A DNA stretch of 64,000 bases. Source: Sedimentisphaerales bacterium (GTDB taxonomy: Bacteria > Planctomycetota > Phycisphaerae > Sedimentisphaerales > Anaerobacaceae). Position numbers and translations under genes: made by a program. The notes under the pieces were generated by a model. It searched no databases. It was given only the letters and a program-made list of their open reading frames with translations, and was not told the origin of the DNA. Below are positions 9,640-17,825 of this stretch, one piece after another. How positions within the stretch are numbered: position 1 is the stretch's first letter; every line of letters starts with the position of its first letter. Location of the stretch: contig JAXGYC010000009.1 in NCBI GenBank assembly GCA_040772485.1, positions 96,001 through 160,000 on the forward strand. The letters are read 5' to 3'.

Positions 9640-9990
9640 ATGAAGGCAAACGTGTTGCTGTTCTGTGCGGGCTGTGTGCTGGTCCTGGCTGTGACCGGCA
9701 CGGCCACCGCGCAGACCGAAGCGCCGGCGATCCTGTCGGCCCTGGGAAACCAGTCGGGTGTCACCATCGTCGGTGAAGCCGACCTGGCCCAGATCGAGGG
9801 GACCGGGCCGCTGGCATTCTGGAGCTACCAGTGGCGGGCTCATATGAGGGCCTTCTTCCAGGCCAGTATGGCCATGCGGCGGAACATGATCCGTGCCCGC
9901 ATCGCCTTCTGGCGCAACGGCGGCTGGGGGTACCCGGGCGGCGAGACCGGTGGGGACACCGGCGGGGGCGGCGAAATTCCGCCTGAATAG
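9640..9990 (+). CDS. Small secreted protein with a double-glycine-like processing motif; probable substrate of the neighbouring C39 peptidase
   Basis: Sec signal ending ATA|Q, then VGEADLAQIEG-TG, an Arg/Trp/Met-rich segment and a Gly-rich acidic tail. Confidence 0.7.
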   Translation: MKANVLLFCAGCVLVLAVTGTATAQTEAPAILSALGNQSGVTIVGEADLAQIEGTGPLAFWSYQWRAHMRAFFQASMAMRRNMIRARIAFWRNGGWGYPGGETGGDTGGGGEIPPE

Positions 9991-10014
9991 CCGCAAGACG
10001 AATTTTTCCTGTGA

Positions 10015-10050
10015 AGGGGGAGGTCCAGTTTGTACAATGGGCCTCCCTTT
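10015..10050 (+). terminator. Intercistronic hairpin (partial terminator or mRNA stabiliser)
   Basis: AGGGGGAGGTCCA pairs with TGGGCCTCCCTTT (13 bp including G-U pairs), 10-nt loop. Confidence 0.55.
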
Positions 10051-10087
10051 GTCATAACGTTTTGCTCAGTGTCTGCAAGGAGGCGAC

Positions 10088-11029
10088 ATGACACGTACGA
10101 TCAAACCTTCCGCCGGGCCGTGGCTGTTGTTCCTGTTCATCCTTCTGGGTCTGGCCTGCGCGGCGCCGGGCGACGACGCGGCGTCCAACGGTCCGCTCGA
10201 ATCGCTCGGGCCTAAGCCGGAAGACGAGGAGGACCTGCGCTCGGTCTTTCTGCGCGACGCCTCGGTCATCCTGCCGCCCGGGACGTGGGACCTCGAAGTC
10301 GGTCTGGAGTACCGGCGGGCCAAGACGGACGAGCTGCCGTTCGACAGCGATCTGACGCGGCAGGTTCGCCTGCCGTTGACCGCGCGCTTCGGCATCCGCA
10401 AGGGGATGGAGGGCATCGTCTCGGTGCCGCTGATTCACAGTTACCGCGAGGTCTCCGAGGGTGGGACCGTGGACTCCGACGACGAGTTCGGCCTGGGCGA
10501 CGTGACCACCGGCGTCAGTTTCCAGATCATGAAGGAAAAGGCCTCGTGGCCCGAGCTGCTCGGCACCGTCCAGGTGCGCGCGCCCAGCGGCGAGGACCCG
10601 TACCGCGACGATGGTACGGAGCCGCTCTTCGGGTCGGGACACTGGGCCCTGGCCGCCAGTCTCCAGTGGGTTCGGACGGCCGATCCGCTGGTCCTTTTCG
10701 GCGGCATCGGCTACCTCCATCAGTTCTCGCGTCACGCGAACGGCCAGAAGTATGAGCCGGGGCCCGGCCTGCAATACAGCATGGGCCTGGGCTTCTCCGT
10801 GAACGACGACGTCTCTCTCAGCGGCCGGTTCGCCGGCCTGCTGCAAGGCAACTGGGACGTCGACGGCGAGACGGTCGAGGGTTCGTCGTACGAGCCCATG
10901 ACGTTGCGTGTCGCGGCCACGATGCGCTGCCGGCGGAACACCTATATCGAGCCGGAAGTGACGTTCGGCCTCAACGACGATGCGCCCGACGTGTTCGTCG
11001 GCGTGGCCCTGATCCGAAGAGTGCCTTAG
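10088..11029 (+). CDS. Outer-membrane beta-barrel transporter (FapF / Phenol_MetA_deg-like)
   Basis: Signal peptide, amphipathic strands, FGLGDVTTG, APSGEDPY, GSGHW, DPLVLFGGIGY, FGLNDDAPD, all typical of FapF-like barrels. Confidence 0.8.
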   Translation: MTRTIKPSAGPWLLFLFILLGLACAAPGDDAASNGPLESLGPKPEDEEDLRSVFLRDASVILPPGTWDLEVGLEYRRAKTDELPFDSDLTRQVRLPLTARFGIRKGMEGIVSVPLIHSYREVSEGGTVDSDDEFGLGDVTTGVSFQIMKEKASWPELLGTVQVRAPSGEDPYRDDGTEPLFGSGHWALAASLQWVRTADPLVLFGGIGYLHQFSRHANGQKYEPGPGLQYSMGLGFSVNDDVSLSGRFAGLLQGNWDVDGETVEGSSYEPMTLRVAATMRCRRNTYIEPEVTFGLNDDAPDVFVGVALIRRVP

Positions 11030-11041
11030 CGGGAATCCACC

Positions 11042-11749
11042 ATGCGCACGGCCTCCATCTTCGCCGTTTTGCTGCTGCTGATCGCGCTGGACTGCGGCTG
11101 CGCGACGAGTTCCGACGAGTCCGGACCGGTCGATACGAGCTTCAGCGCCGGCCCCGTCCGGGTCCGCCGGCGCCTCGAAAGCTGGAAGACCATCCGCGAA
11201 AAGGGCATCGTCATGCAGAGCTACGATTTCTCCTGCGGCTCGGCGGCCCTGGCCACCCTGATGCGCTACTACTTCCAGGACGACGTCACCGAGCGCGAGG
11301 TGCTCGAGAACATGCTCAACGCCCTCACCGACGAACAGGTCCGCCAACGCCAGGAGAACGGCCTGACCATGCTGGACCTCAAGCAGTGCGCCGAGCGCAT
11401 GGGTTATCAGGCCGTCGGGGTCAGGCTGGAGCCGAAGATCCTGCCCCAGCTCCAGGGCCCGGTGTTGATCCACCTCCAGCGCCAGGGCTATAAGCATTTC
11501 GCCGTCCTGCGGGGCGTCCGCGGCGACCGCGCGTACGTGGCCGACCCGAGCAGCGGCAACGTCCGCTTGACGATGTCGCGCTTTCTGCGTCAGTGGACCA
11601 ACGTGGCCCTGGTCCTTGGCAAGCCGGGCGTCGGCCTTCCGACCGACTATCCCCTGGCCGTCTCGGAAGACTGGGCCGTCCACGACGCCATGCTGGCCCC
11701 CGTCGCCAGCCGCTACCTCCTGAGCGATTCCCTCGCCGTGGCCCCATAG
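11042..11749 (+). CDS. Stand-alone exported C39 peptidase (FapD-like)
   Basis: QSYDFSCGSAALATL (Cys), YKHFAVL (His), VADPS (Asp); signal/lipoprotein N-terminus; no ABC domain. Confidence 0.92.
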   Translation: MRTASIFAVLLLLIALDCGCATSSDESGPVDTSFSAGPVRVRRRLESWKTIREKGIVMQSYDFSCGSAALATLMRYYFQDDVTEREVLENMLNALTDEQVRQRQENGLTMLDLKQCAERMGYQAVGVRLEPKILPQLQGPVLIHLQRQGYKHFAVLRGVRGDRAYVADPSSGNVRLTMSRFLRQWTNVALVLGKPGVGLPTDYPLAVSEDWAVHDAMLAPVASRYLLSDSLAVAP

Positions 11750-11904
11750 TGGGTGCATGACCGTTTCCGCGTCGCTCGCTTGGGCACACCGCAGAAGCAC
11801 GTCCCGGCGCGCCGGGATCGAAACAAGCCCGAATGCCCCGAAATCCAAGCTCGAATACAGATAACATCGTGTGCAACGCGGCCCTGCCCACGTAAACCGG
11901 GGCA

Positions 11905-11970
11905 GATTTGGAGCATTTGGACTTCGTGCTCTGGATTTGTTTCGAGTTTCGTGTTTCGGATTTCGAGTTT
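11905..11970. repeat. Degenerate heptamer tandem repeat (TTTCGRA-like); related tract at 61083-61137
   Basis: gatttgtttcgagtttcgtgtttcggatttcgagttt versus ggatttgtttcggatttcgggattcgtgcttcgagttt. Confidence 0.7.
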
Positions 11971-12189
11971 GTCCCGGCCGGCCATGAATGGATGGCCGGC
12001 AGAAAGAGGCGCAGCGAGCCTGATCGTAAAAATGGTCTTGCGCCTGTCGTTGCGGCGGTACGGGCTTGCGGTTTCGCGCGGGATTTGGTAGGCATGGTCC
12101 CGGTGCGTACCGAGCCTTCGCTCGCAGCGCCTCGCTCGTGGCCGCAGCCACGGGTCACCGGTCACGGATAAGCTCGAAAGGAGACCCTC

Positions 12190-13269
12190 GTGAGCATCGA
12201 ACTCAAGAAGGACTGCCGCTATGCCCTGCTCGTGCCCACCAGCATGGGGGCCCGCCTGACGCCCGACAACGGCCAGCCGTTCCATTGCAGCCGCCGCTTC
12301 ACCCTCCAGGCCACCAGCGCCGAGACCAACGTCGCCAGCGTCTCGTCGTACCTGGGCCTGCCCGTCAAGGTCCTGACGACGTTCGTCAAGGGCAGCCCGA
12401 TCGCCCGCTTCATCAAGGACGACCTGGCGAGCCGGCACATGGACGTCGAGGGTCCCGAACTCGAGCAGGGCGGCCCGTGGGGCTACCGCCACCAGTTCAA
12501 CCTGGCCGACTGCGGGACCGGCTCGCGCGGCCCGCGCGTCTGCAACGACCGCGCCGGCGAGGTCGGCCGGACGCTGAACGTCAAGGACTTCGACCTCGAG
12601 CGCATCTTCGGCATCGAATGCGTCCAGATCGTGCACCTCTCCGGCCTGATCGCGGCGCTGTCGCCTGAGACCGGGACCTTCTGCCTGGAGATCGCCCGCG
12701 CCGCCAGGAAGCACGGCACGCGAATCGCGTTCGACCTGAACTACCGCGCCTCGTTCTGGAAGGGCCGCGAGAAGCAGTTGCACGCGATCTTCCAGGAGAT
12801 CGCTTCCGTCGCCGACATCCTCGTCGGCAACGAAGAGGACTTCCAGCTCGCTCTGGGCATCGAAGGCCCCGAGGCCGGCGGCAAGGGCCTGGGCGGCAAG
12901 ATCGACAGCTTCAAGGGCATGATCGAGCGGGCCGGCAAGGCCTACCCGAACGCGAAGGTCTTCGCGACCACCCTGCGCGAGGTCGTCAACGCCAACACGC
13001 ACCTCTGGGGCGCGCTGCTGAGCGAGAGCGGCCGCTGGCACGCGATCGAGCCGCGACAGATCGGCGTCGTCGACCGCATCGGCGGCGGGGACGCCTTCGT
13101 CGGCGGCATGCTCTACGCGATCCTTCGCGGCTGGAAGCCCGAAAAGTGGGCCCAATTCGGCTGGGCCACCGGCGCCCTGGTCGTCACCCTCCTGACCGAT
13201 TACGCCCTGCCCGCCGACGAGGACCAGATCTGGAGCGTCTGGGAAGGCAACGCCCGCGTCAAACGATGA
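12190..13269 (+). CDS. PfkB-family sugar kinase (2-keto-3-deoxygluconate kinase-like)
   Basis: SAETNVA, FDLNYRASFW, GNEED, anion-hole motif DRIGGGDAFVGG. Confidence 0.9.
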   Translation: MSIELKKDCRYALLVPTSMGARLTPDNGQPFHCSRRFTLQATSAETNVASVSSYLGLPVKVLTTFVKGSPIARFIKDDLASRHMDVEGPELEQGGPWGYRHQFNLADCGTGSRGPRVCNDRAGEVGRTLNVKDFDLERIFGIECVQIVHLSGLIAALSPETGTFCLEIARAARKHGTRIAFDLNYRASFWKGREKQLHAIFQEIASVADILVGNEEDFQLALGIEGPEAGGKGLGGKIDSFKGMIERAGKAYPNAKVFATTLREVVNANTHLWGALLSESGRWHAIEPRQIGVVDRIGGGDAFVGGMLYAILRGWKPEKWAQFGWATGALVVTLLTDYALPADEDQIWSVWEGNARVKR

Positions 13270-13291
13270 CGCGCGGGCGCAGGGTAAGAAG

Positions 13292-13320
13292 AGTGCGAAG
13301 GGTGAGAAGGGTGTGAAGGG
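13292..13320. repeat. 9-mer tandem repeat family GTGYGAAGG; also near 24837-24871, 26590-26642, 27701-27772, 31500, 31612-31640, 32419-32455
   Basis: gtgcgaagg-gtgagaagg-gtgtgaagg and variants read directly at each site. Confidence 0.8.
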
Positions 13321-13322
13321 CC

Positions 13323-13349
13323 GTAGGATGGGCTTGGAGCCCATGCGGC
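13323..13349 (+). repeat. GTAG-type REP (family C) GTAGGATGGGCTTGGAGCCCATGCGGC; copies at 21500, 21585, 26856, 27866
   Basis: GTAG/GCAG head plus ATGGGC-loop-GCCCAT palindrome; five copies. Confidence 0.85.
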
Positions 13350-13666
13350 ATCAATCCCGTCGTTCCCGGCGCGGCGAAGTGGTAGGGGCGACGCATGCGT
13401 CGCCCTTGCGGCACACGACCTGACCACCGCTTGTGCGTGCGCGTGGCAGCCTCAAGGCCTGTCCCGTTCGGTTCCACTCAGGGCAGGCTCTGAGCAAAGT
13501 CGAATGGAGCGTAGCCTTGGGGATGGCCGATACGATTTCGCCTTTGCTTTCCCGCTCCATCCCGCTACAATGGCATCGTAAGCGTGAGACCTTGAGACCA
13601 AGGTGCATCGTGCACTGTGCAGTGAACAGCAGTTGTTTACAGATGTTCATCACGAGGGAGTCTCGT

Positions 13667-14086
13667 ATGCATGCGCGCTGTTTCAAACGGAATCGTGTTC
13701 ACGTAGCTCTGGCGGTCCTCGTGTCTATCTCGGTTGTCGGATGTGCGACTCGGCCGGTATCGCAGACGGATCCAGTCGCTCCCCGTTTCGACATCGAGGG
13801 CACGTGGTCCTGGGTGCAGGACCCGTGGGAGGGCGAGTTCGTGCTGAAGAAGGAGGGAAGCTCGTACTCCGGCACGCTGGATGACGTGTTCGAAGGGACC
13901 TTCGGCGACAAGATCGACGATGTCGAGGTGTCCGGCGACAAGATCAAGTTCACGCGATACGGCCGGTTCGGCGTCCAACAGTGGGAAGGCACCCTCAAGG
14001 AGCAGGACGGCCGCCTGACGATCACCGACGGCCGCTGGACCAAAGCGGGTGACTCCGGCACGTTCTACGCCGAAAAGAAGAAGTAG
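13667..14086 (+). CDS. Small beta-rich lipoprotein, function unknown
   Basis: GAGGGAG SD, lipobox VVGC, DIEGTWSW...; host-like codon usage. Confidence 0.75.
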   Translation: MHARCFKRNRVHVALAVLVSISVVGCATRPVSQTDPVAPRFDIEGTWSWVQDPWEGEFVLKKEGSSYSGTLDDVFEGTFGDKIDDVEVSGDKIKFTRYGRFGVQQWEGTLKEQDGRLTITDGRWTKAGDSGTFYAEKKK

Positions 14087-14146
14087 AACCGCGAGAAGTC
14101 CGGGGCTATCCGCCGGCATTGCTCCGAGGCATCGCCGTGGGGCCTT

Positions 14147-14168
14147 GGTGTGCGGTGCACACCCTGCG
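14147..14168 (-). repeat. GTAG-type REP (family B) GTAGGGTGTGCACCGCACACC; copies at 15794, 17706 (opposite strand), 42542, 42639, 53070, 60791, variant at 37494
   Basis: ggtgtgcggtgcacaccct(a/g)cg read at each site. Confidence 0.85.
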
Positions 14169-14226
14169 ACTGTGTTTCGGTCGGGAATCGAGCGCCCCGG
14201 CGTGCATCTTCGGGAAAGGATCGAAA

Positions 14227-14448
14227 ATGACATGGCTCATCCTCGCGGCGGCGTACCTGGCCATTGGACTCGGTGTCTTCGCCTGGTGCATCCGCAGCAA
14301 TACGGCAATCGATCCGGACCAGAAGAAGCGTTCGGCCAGGACCCTTGTGCTATTCCCCGAACTGTGCCTGTTCTGGCCGCTGGCCCTGTTCCTCGAGATC
14401 AAACGAAACAGAAAGCCAAATCGCGATGCTAAATACAAGACTCAATAG
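14227..14448 (+). CDS. Small two-TM membrane protein
   Basis: AAGGA SD; MTWLILAAAYLAIGLGVFAW and LFWPLALFL hydrophobic segments. Confidence 0.6.
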   Translation: MTWLILAAAYLAIGLGVFAWCIRSNTAIDPDQKKRSARTLVLFPELCLFWPLALFLEIKRNRKPNRDAKYKTQ

Positions 14449-14534
14449 AGTGAGACTATTAGGGACGATAGAGCTTGTTGCCGGCAACCTACTATCCGAG
14501 CTTGGTGTTAGCCATCAAGGGGAGATAACCTGAA

Positions 14535-15329
14535 ATGAGAGTGGGAAAGCTGTTTCTCGTTGTTGCCGCTGTCCTGTTCGCAGGCAGCACAGTCTCAGCA
14601 CAGGTAACGTCTAACGTCCTGCGTCGAGTGTTTCTGATCAAGTACAAAGACAACAGCGGTAGTGCATTCACGATCGATGTGGACGGTAGACAGTATCTGG
14701 TTACGGCAAAGCATCTTGTCTCTGGAATAGGTGACCAAGACACCATATCACTCTTCCATGAGGGAGAATGGAAGCCAGTAACAGTCAAGCCCATCCAGGT
14801 TGCGCCGCGAGAAGTGGATATCATCGTTCTTGTTCCACCCATGCAGCTCTCTCCTGGTCTTCAGATGGAGCCGACAATAGGCAATCTTGTCATAGCTCAA
14901 CAAGTCTACTTCTTGGGTTTTCCCTACAAGATGTACACTGATGTTGGTGACTTGATGTATGGCTTTCCACTGCCCTTTGTGAAGAGCGGCATACTCTCAG
15001 CTCTTGACGTTCGAAGAAACAAAGGATACTCGATCATATATGTTGATGGCATGAATAACCCCGGATTCTCTGGCGGTCCCGTGGTCTTCAAGGACTTCAA
15101 GTCAAACGAGTTGAAGGTCGCAGGAGTAATATCGTCCTACAAGAATCATCCCGACATAGTAGTGAACCGCAATCTGAAGACAGGGCTCACCGCTTTGAGC
15201 AATTCTGGCATCCTCATTGCATATGGCATCTCGCCAGCAGTAGAAGCCATCAAGATGCGACCAGAAGGCCCTTTAATCCGACCTGTGGCCGACAGCAGTG
15301 ACAAGAGCAAACGCGTGAACCAGCAGTAG
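14535..15329 (+). CDS. Secreted trypsin-like (S1) serine protease, lower GC than its neighbours
   Basis: Signal peptide; triad motifs VTAKHL, VDII, NNPGFSGGPV. Confidence 0.88.
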   Translation: MRVGKLFLVVAAVLFAGSTVSAQVTSNVLRRVFLIKYKDNSGSAFTIDVDGRQYLVTAKHLVSGIGDQDTISLFHEGEWKPVTVKPIQVAPREVDIIVLVPPMQLSPGLQMEPTIGNLVIAQQVYFLGFPYKMYTDVGDLMYGFPLPFVKSGILSALDVRRNKGYSIIYVDGMNNPGFSGGPVVFKDFKSNELKVAGVISSYKNHPDIVVNRNLKTGLTALSNSGILIAYGISPAVEAIKMRPEGPLIRPVADSSDKSKRVNQQ

Positions 15330-15394
15330 AGGGGCGCATCGTAGCCCAGGGAGAGACCCCGTTTTTGACCCGTTTTTGCCACGGAGAAACCGGT

Positions 15395-15781
15395 ATGAAT
15401 AGAACTGCAAGACGAGCCCTCTTCTGGACGCCGAGGGTTCTGTGCATTCTTTTCGCGATGTTCTTGAGTCTGTTTGCCCTGGATGTATTCGGCGAAGGGG
15501 GTGGCTTCTGGGAAACGGCGGGTGCCCTGATACTTCACCTCGTCCCTGTGTACATCGTCGTCATCGTGCTGGTTGTTGCATGGCGGTGGGAGTGGGTGGG
15601 AGCGATCCTCTTCAACGCTCTGGCCTTGGTCTATGTGGTCATGATGTGGGGACGTTTTCCTCTGGCAACCTACCTGTGCATCTCCGGCCCCCTCGTATCC
15701 GTGGGGGTCCTCTTTCTATTCAACTGGATCTACAGAGCCCAGCTACGAACCCGGCCCTCGCCGCCTGACCTGAAAGGATAG
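15395..15781 (+). CDS. Four-TM membrane protein, function unknown
   Basis: GGAG SD; WTPRVLCILFAMFLSLFALDVF...LHLVP...AWRWEWVG. Confidence 0.75.
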   Translation: MNRTARRALFWTPRVLCILFAMFLSLFALDVFGEGGGFWETAGALILHLVPVYIVVIVLVVAWRWEWVGAILFNALALVYVVMMWGRFPLATYLCISGPLVSVGVLFLFNWIYRAQLRTRPSPPDLKG

Positions 15782-15886
15782 AGCCAGGGAGTTGGTGTGC
15801 GGTGCACACCCTACGACCGCTGTCCGGCCCTTGCACGCGCAGGACATCGCGGCCGATCTGAAGGAATCGCGCACAGGGCAACAGCG

Positions 15887-17389
15887 CTAGCGCTCCTGGA
15901 CGACCTGCCTCAGTTTTCTGGCGACCCTGGGAAGGAATCCACGCAGCCCCGGATACCGGTTGATCGGGTGCCTGTTGAGTTCGGGCCATCGGGAGCGAAC
16001 GAGATCGGGGACCAGCCGCCGACGCCTTCGATACTCGACGGGCAGATGCACCATCGCGTCGACGACATCGCGATGGTTGAAGGGCCAGATGATGAGGAGG
16101 TCGTGCACATGCCCGTACAATTGCGGACCGCCCCAGCAGCCAAGCTGCTGCTCCAGGTACAGCAAGTCCAGAATCGTGAAGGCATTGTCACAGGGGATGC
16201 CCGCGAGCCATTTCTCGCATTCGCGGACGACCAGATCGCACGCCGGAAGGTTGATGCGTTCGACCAGGTCTCGGGCGGACAGGCGGGCGTCCTCGCGATC
16301 GCTGGAGCGCCAGTAGTACGGGCGTCCGAGTTCGCCCATCACGCCATTGATGGAGATCACTTGGGGAGATGGGTGTCGGCCACAGCGAACCCCGCGCATG
16401 GTCCGTCCGGCCACAGCGCACGATCCCGTCCGATACAGCCATTCCTGGATATCCTCTTCGCTTGCCTCAATCCAGTCGAAGATCTCGTGTTTCAGGCCGT
16501 GTCGGCGAGCGATCCTGCCTGCAATGTCACAATCGAGTTCGGCCTTGGGGTCGGGGATCCTCAGCGTGCCGAATTCGATCTTGTGACGGACGTGGCGGGC
16601 GCACGCCAGCAGGACGCGTGTATCGTGGCCTGCCGTCAGACTCATGGTGGTCGGACCGTGTCTGACCACGGCGGCGATCGTACGCTCGATCCTCGATGCG
16701 ATTCTCTCCACCTGAGCGCCAACCTGGTCCGGCGGCACGAATGCCGGCTGGCCGGTCGGCCAGTGTCGGACGGTCTTCCACGTGGCCAGGTCGAGATAGT
16801 GATTGGGGAGAACCCGGTGGACATCGACTCGCGGCGTCAACCCGAACGTATACCACCCGTCCTTCGCGGGGATATCCAAGAGGCGCGCCAACTCCTCGTG
16901 GTCGCGCGTGGACGGGCGACGCGGAACCAGCGAGAGGGTGGAACAGACCACATGTTGTTCCGGGCAATACACGGCCGCCAGGCTGGCCGCCGGATCGACA
17001 TGGAATCGCGATCCGCGCGCCGTAAGCACCACTGCCGCCCAGCGTCCCGCCAGGGTGTACAGATATTGCTCGACGTCCTCCATGATGGATGCGGCCGTCG
17101 CCCGCACCGGCACGGCGCACTTCTGATCGATGAATTCGCCGCTGCCGTCAATGGCGTAGCCGACGAGCCATCCAATCTGCACGGCATCCGCTGTGTACAT
17201 GGGAACGACAGGGAGTCCCTGATCGCGGAGCGTGCCGATCCACCAGCGGTCCTGATGGAATGTCTCCCAGTCCGGCGGGAGAAGATCGGGGGTGTCAGAT
17301 ACGACGAACTGTTTGGCAAGAGTGAACATCTTCAGCGATCCTGTAGCAGGCACCGATTCGGCTATTTCGCCTTTAGGCAGAGGCATCAT
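15887..17389 (-). CDS. Asparagine-synthetase-like (adenine nucleotide alpha-hydrolase) protein
   Basis: TLAGRWAAV N-terminal region, PP-loop variant SLTAGHDTR, NGVMGELGR, WPFNHR. Start uncertain. Confidence 0.7.
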   Translation of the reverse strand: MMPLPKGEIAESVPATGSLKMFTLAKQFVVSDTPDLLPPDWETFHQDRWWIGTLRDQGLPVVPMYTADAVQIGWLVGYAIDGSGEFIDQKCAVPVRATAASIMEDVEQYLYTLAGRWAAVVLTARGSRFHVDPAASLAAVYCPEQHVVCSTLSLVPRRPSTRDHEELARLLDIPAKDGWYTFGLTPRVDVHRVLPNHYLDLATWKTVRHWPTGQPAFVPPDQVGAQVERIASRIERTIAAVVRHGPTTMSLTAGHDTRVLLACARHVRHKIEFGTLRIPDPKAELDCDIAGRIARRHGLKHEIFDWIEASEEDIQEWLYRTGSCAVAGRTMRGVRCGRHPSPQVISINGVMGELGRPYYWRSSDREDARLSARDLVERINLPACDLVVRECEKWLAGIPCDNAFTILDLLYLEQQLGCWGGPQLYGHVHDLLIIWPFNHRDVVDAMVHLPVEYRRRRRLVPDLVRSRWPELNRHPINRYPGLRGFLPRVARKLRQVVQER

Positions 17390-17825
17390 CTGTGTTCTTC
17401 CCCCATGCTGCGTCTTCATTCGGCCCGCAGTGTTTCCATTCTGTCCGTATATCGGCCAAAGAGGAGGGCGCGACAAGGAAAAACCTGCATCCGGTGCGCA
17501 GAGAATGGGGTTCGTCCGCCATCGGAAACGCCTCACCCCCCTCCGGGCAACATCACCCTTTCTTCGCCACGGCGTTGTGTATGGCAGCGCCACACGCCCT
17601 CACGGACGCCCTGAGAATGGACAAGGGCTTTGCGCGTGCGACTTGGCAGAGAGGCTGTTCACTGTCGTCATGACCTTTGGTTCCGATAACTCGGCACACC
17701 AGTCTCGCAGGGTGTGCACCGCACGCCGCATCCCGGAATAGAACGGGGCCCATGCCGACCGTGGCATGGGCCCCATAGCAATCCAAACACCTTTCGCCTG
17801 CCGTCAATGGCGGGCGGTGACGCTG

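Noticed and set aside
9640..9990. FapC/curli-like amyloid subunit
   Set aside because: No Asn/Gln-rich imperfect repeats; the core is Arg/Trp/Met-rich.
15887..17389. Lasso-peptide cyclase cluster
   Set aside because: No adjacent B1/B2 proteins or precursor; only a generic asparagine-synthetase-like fold is supported.
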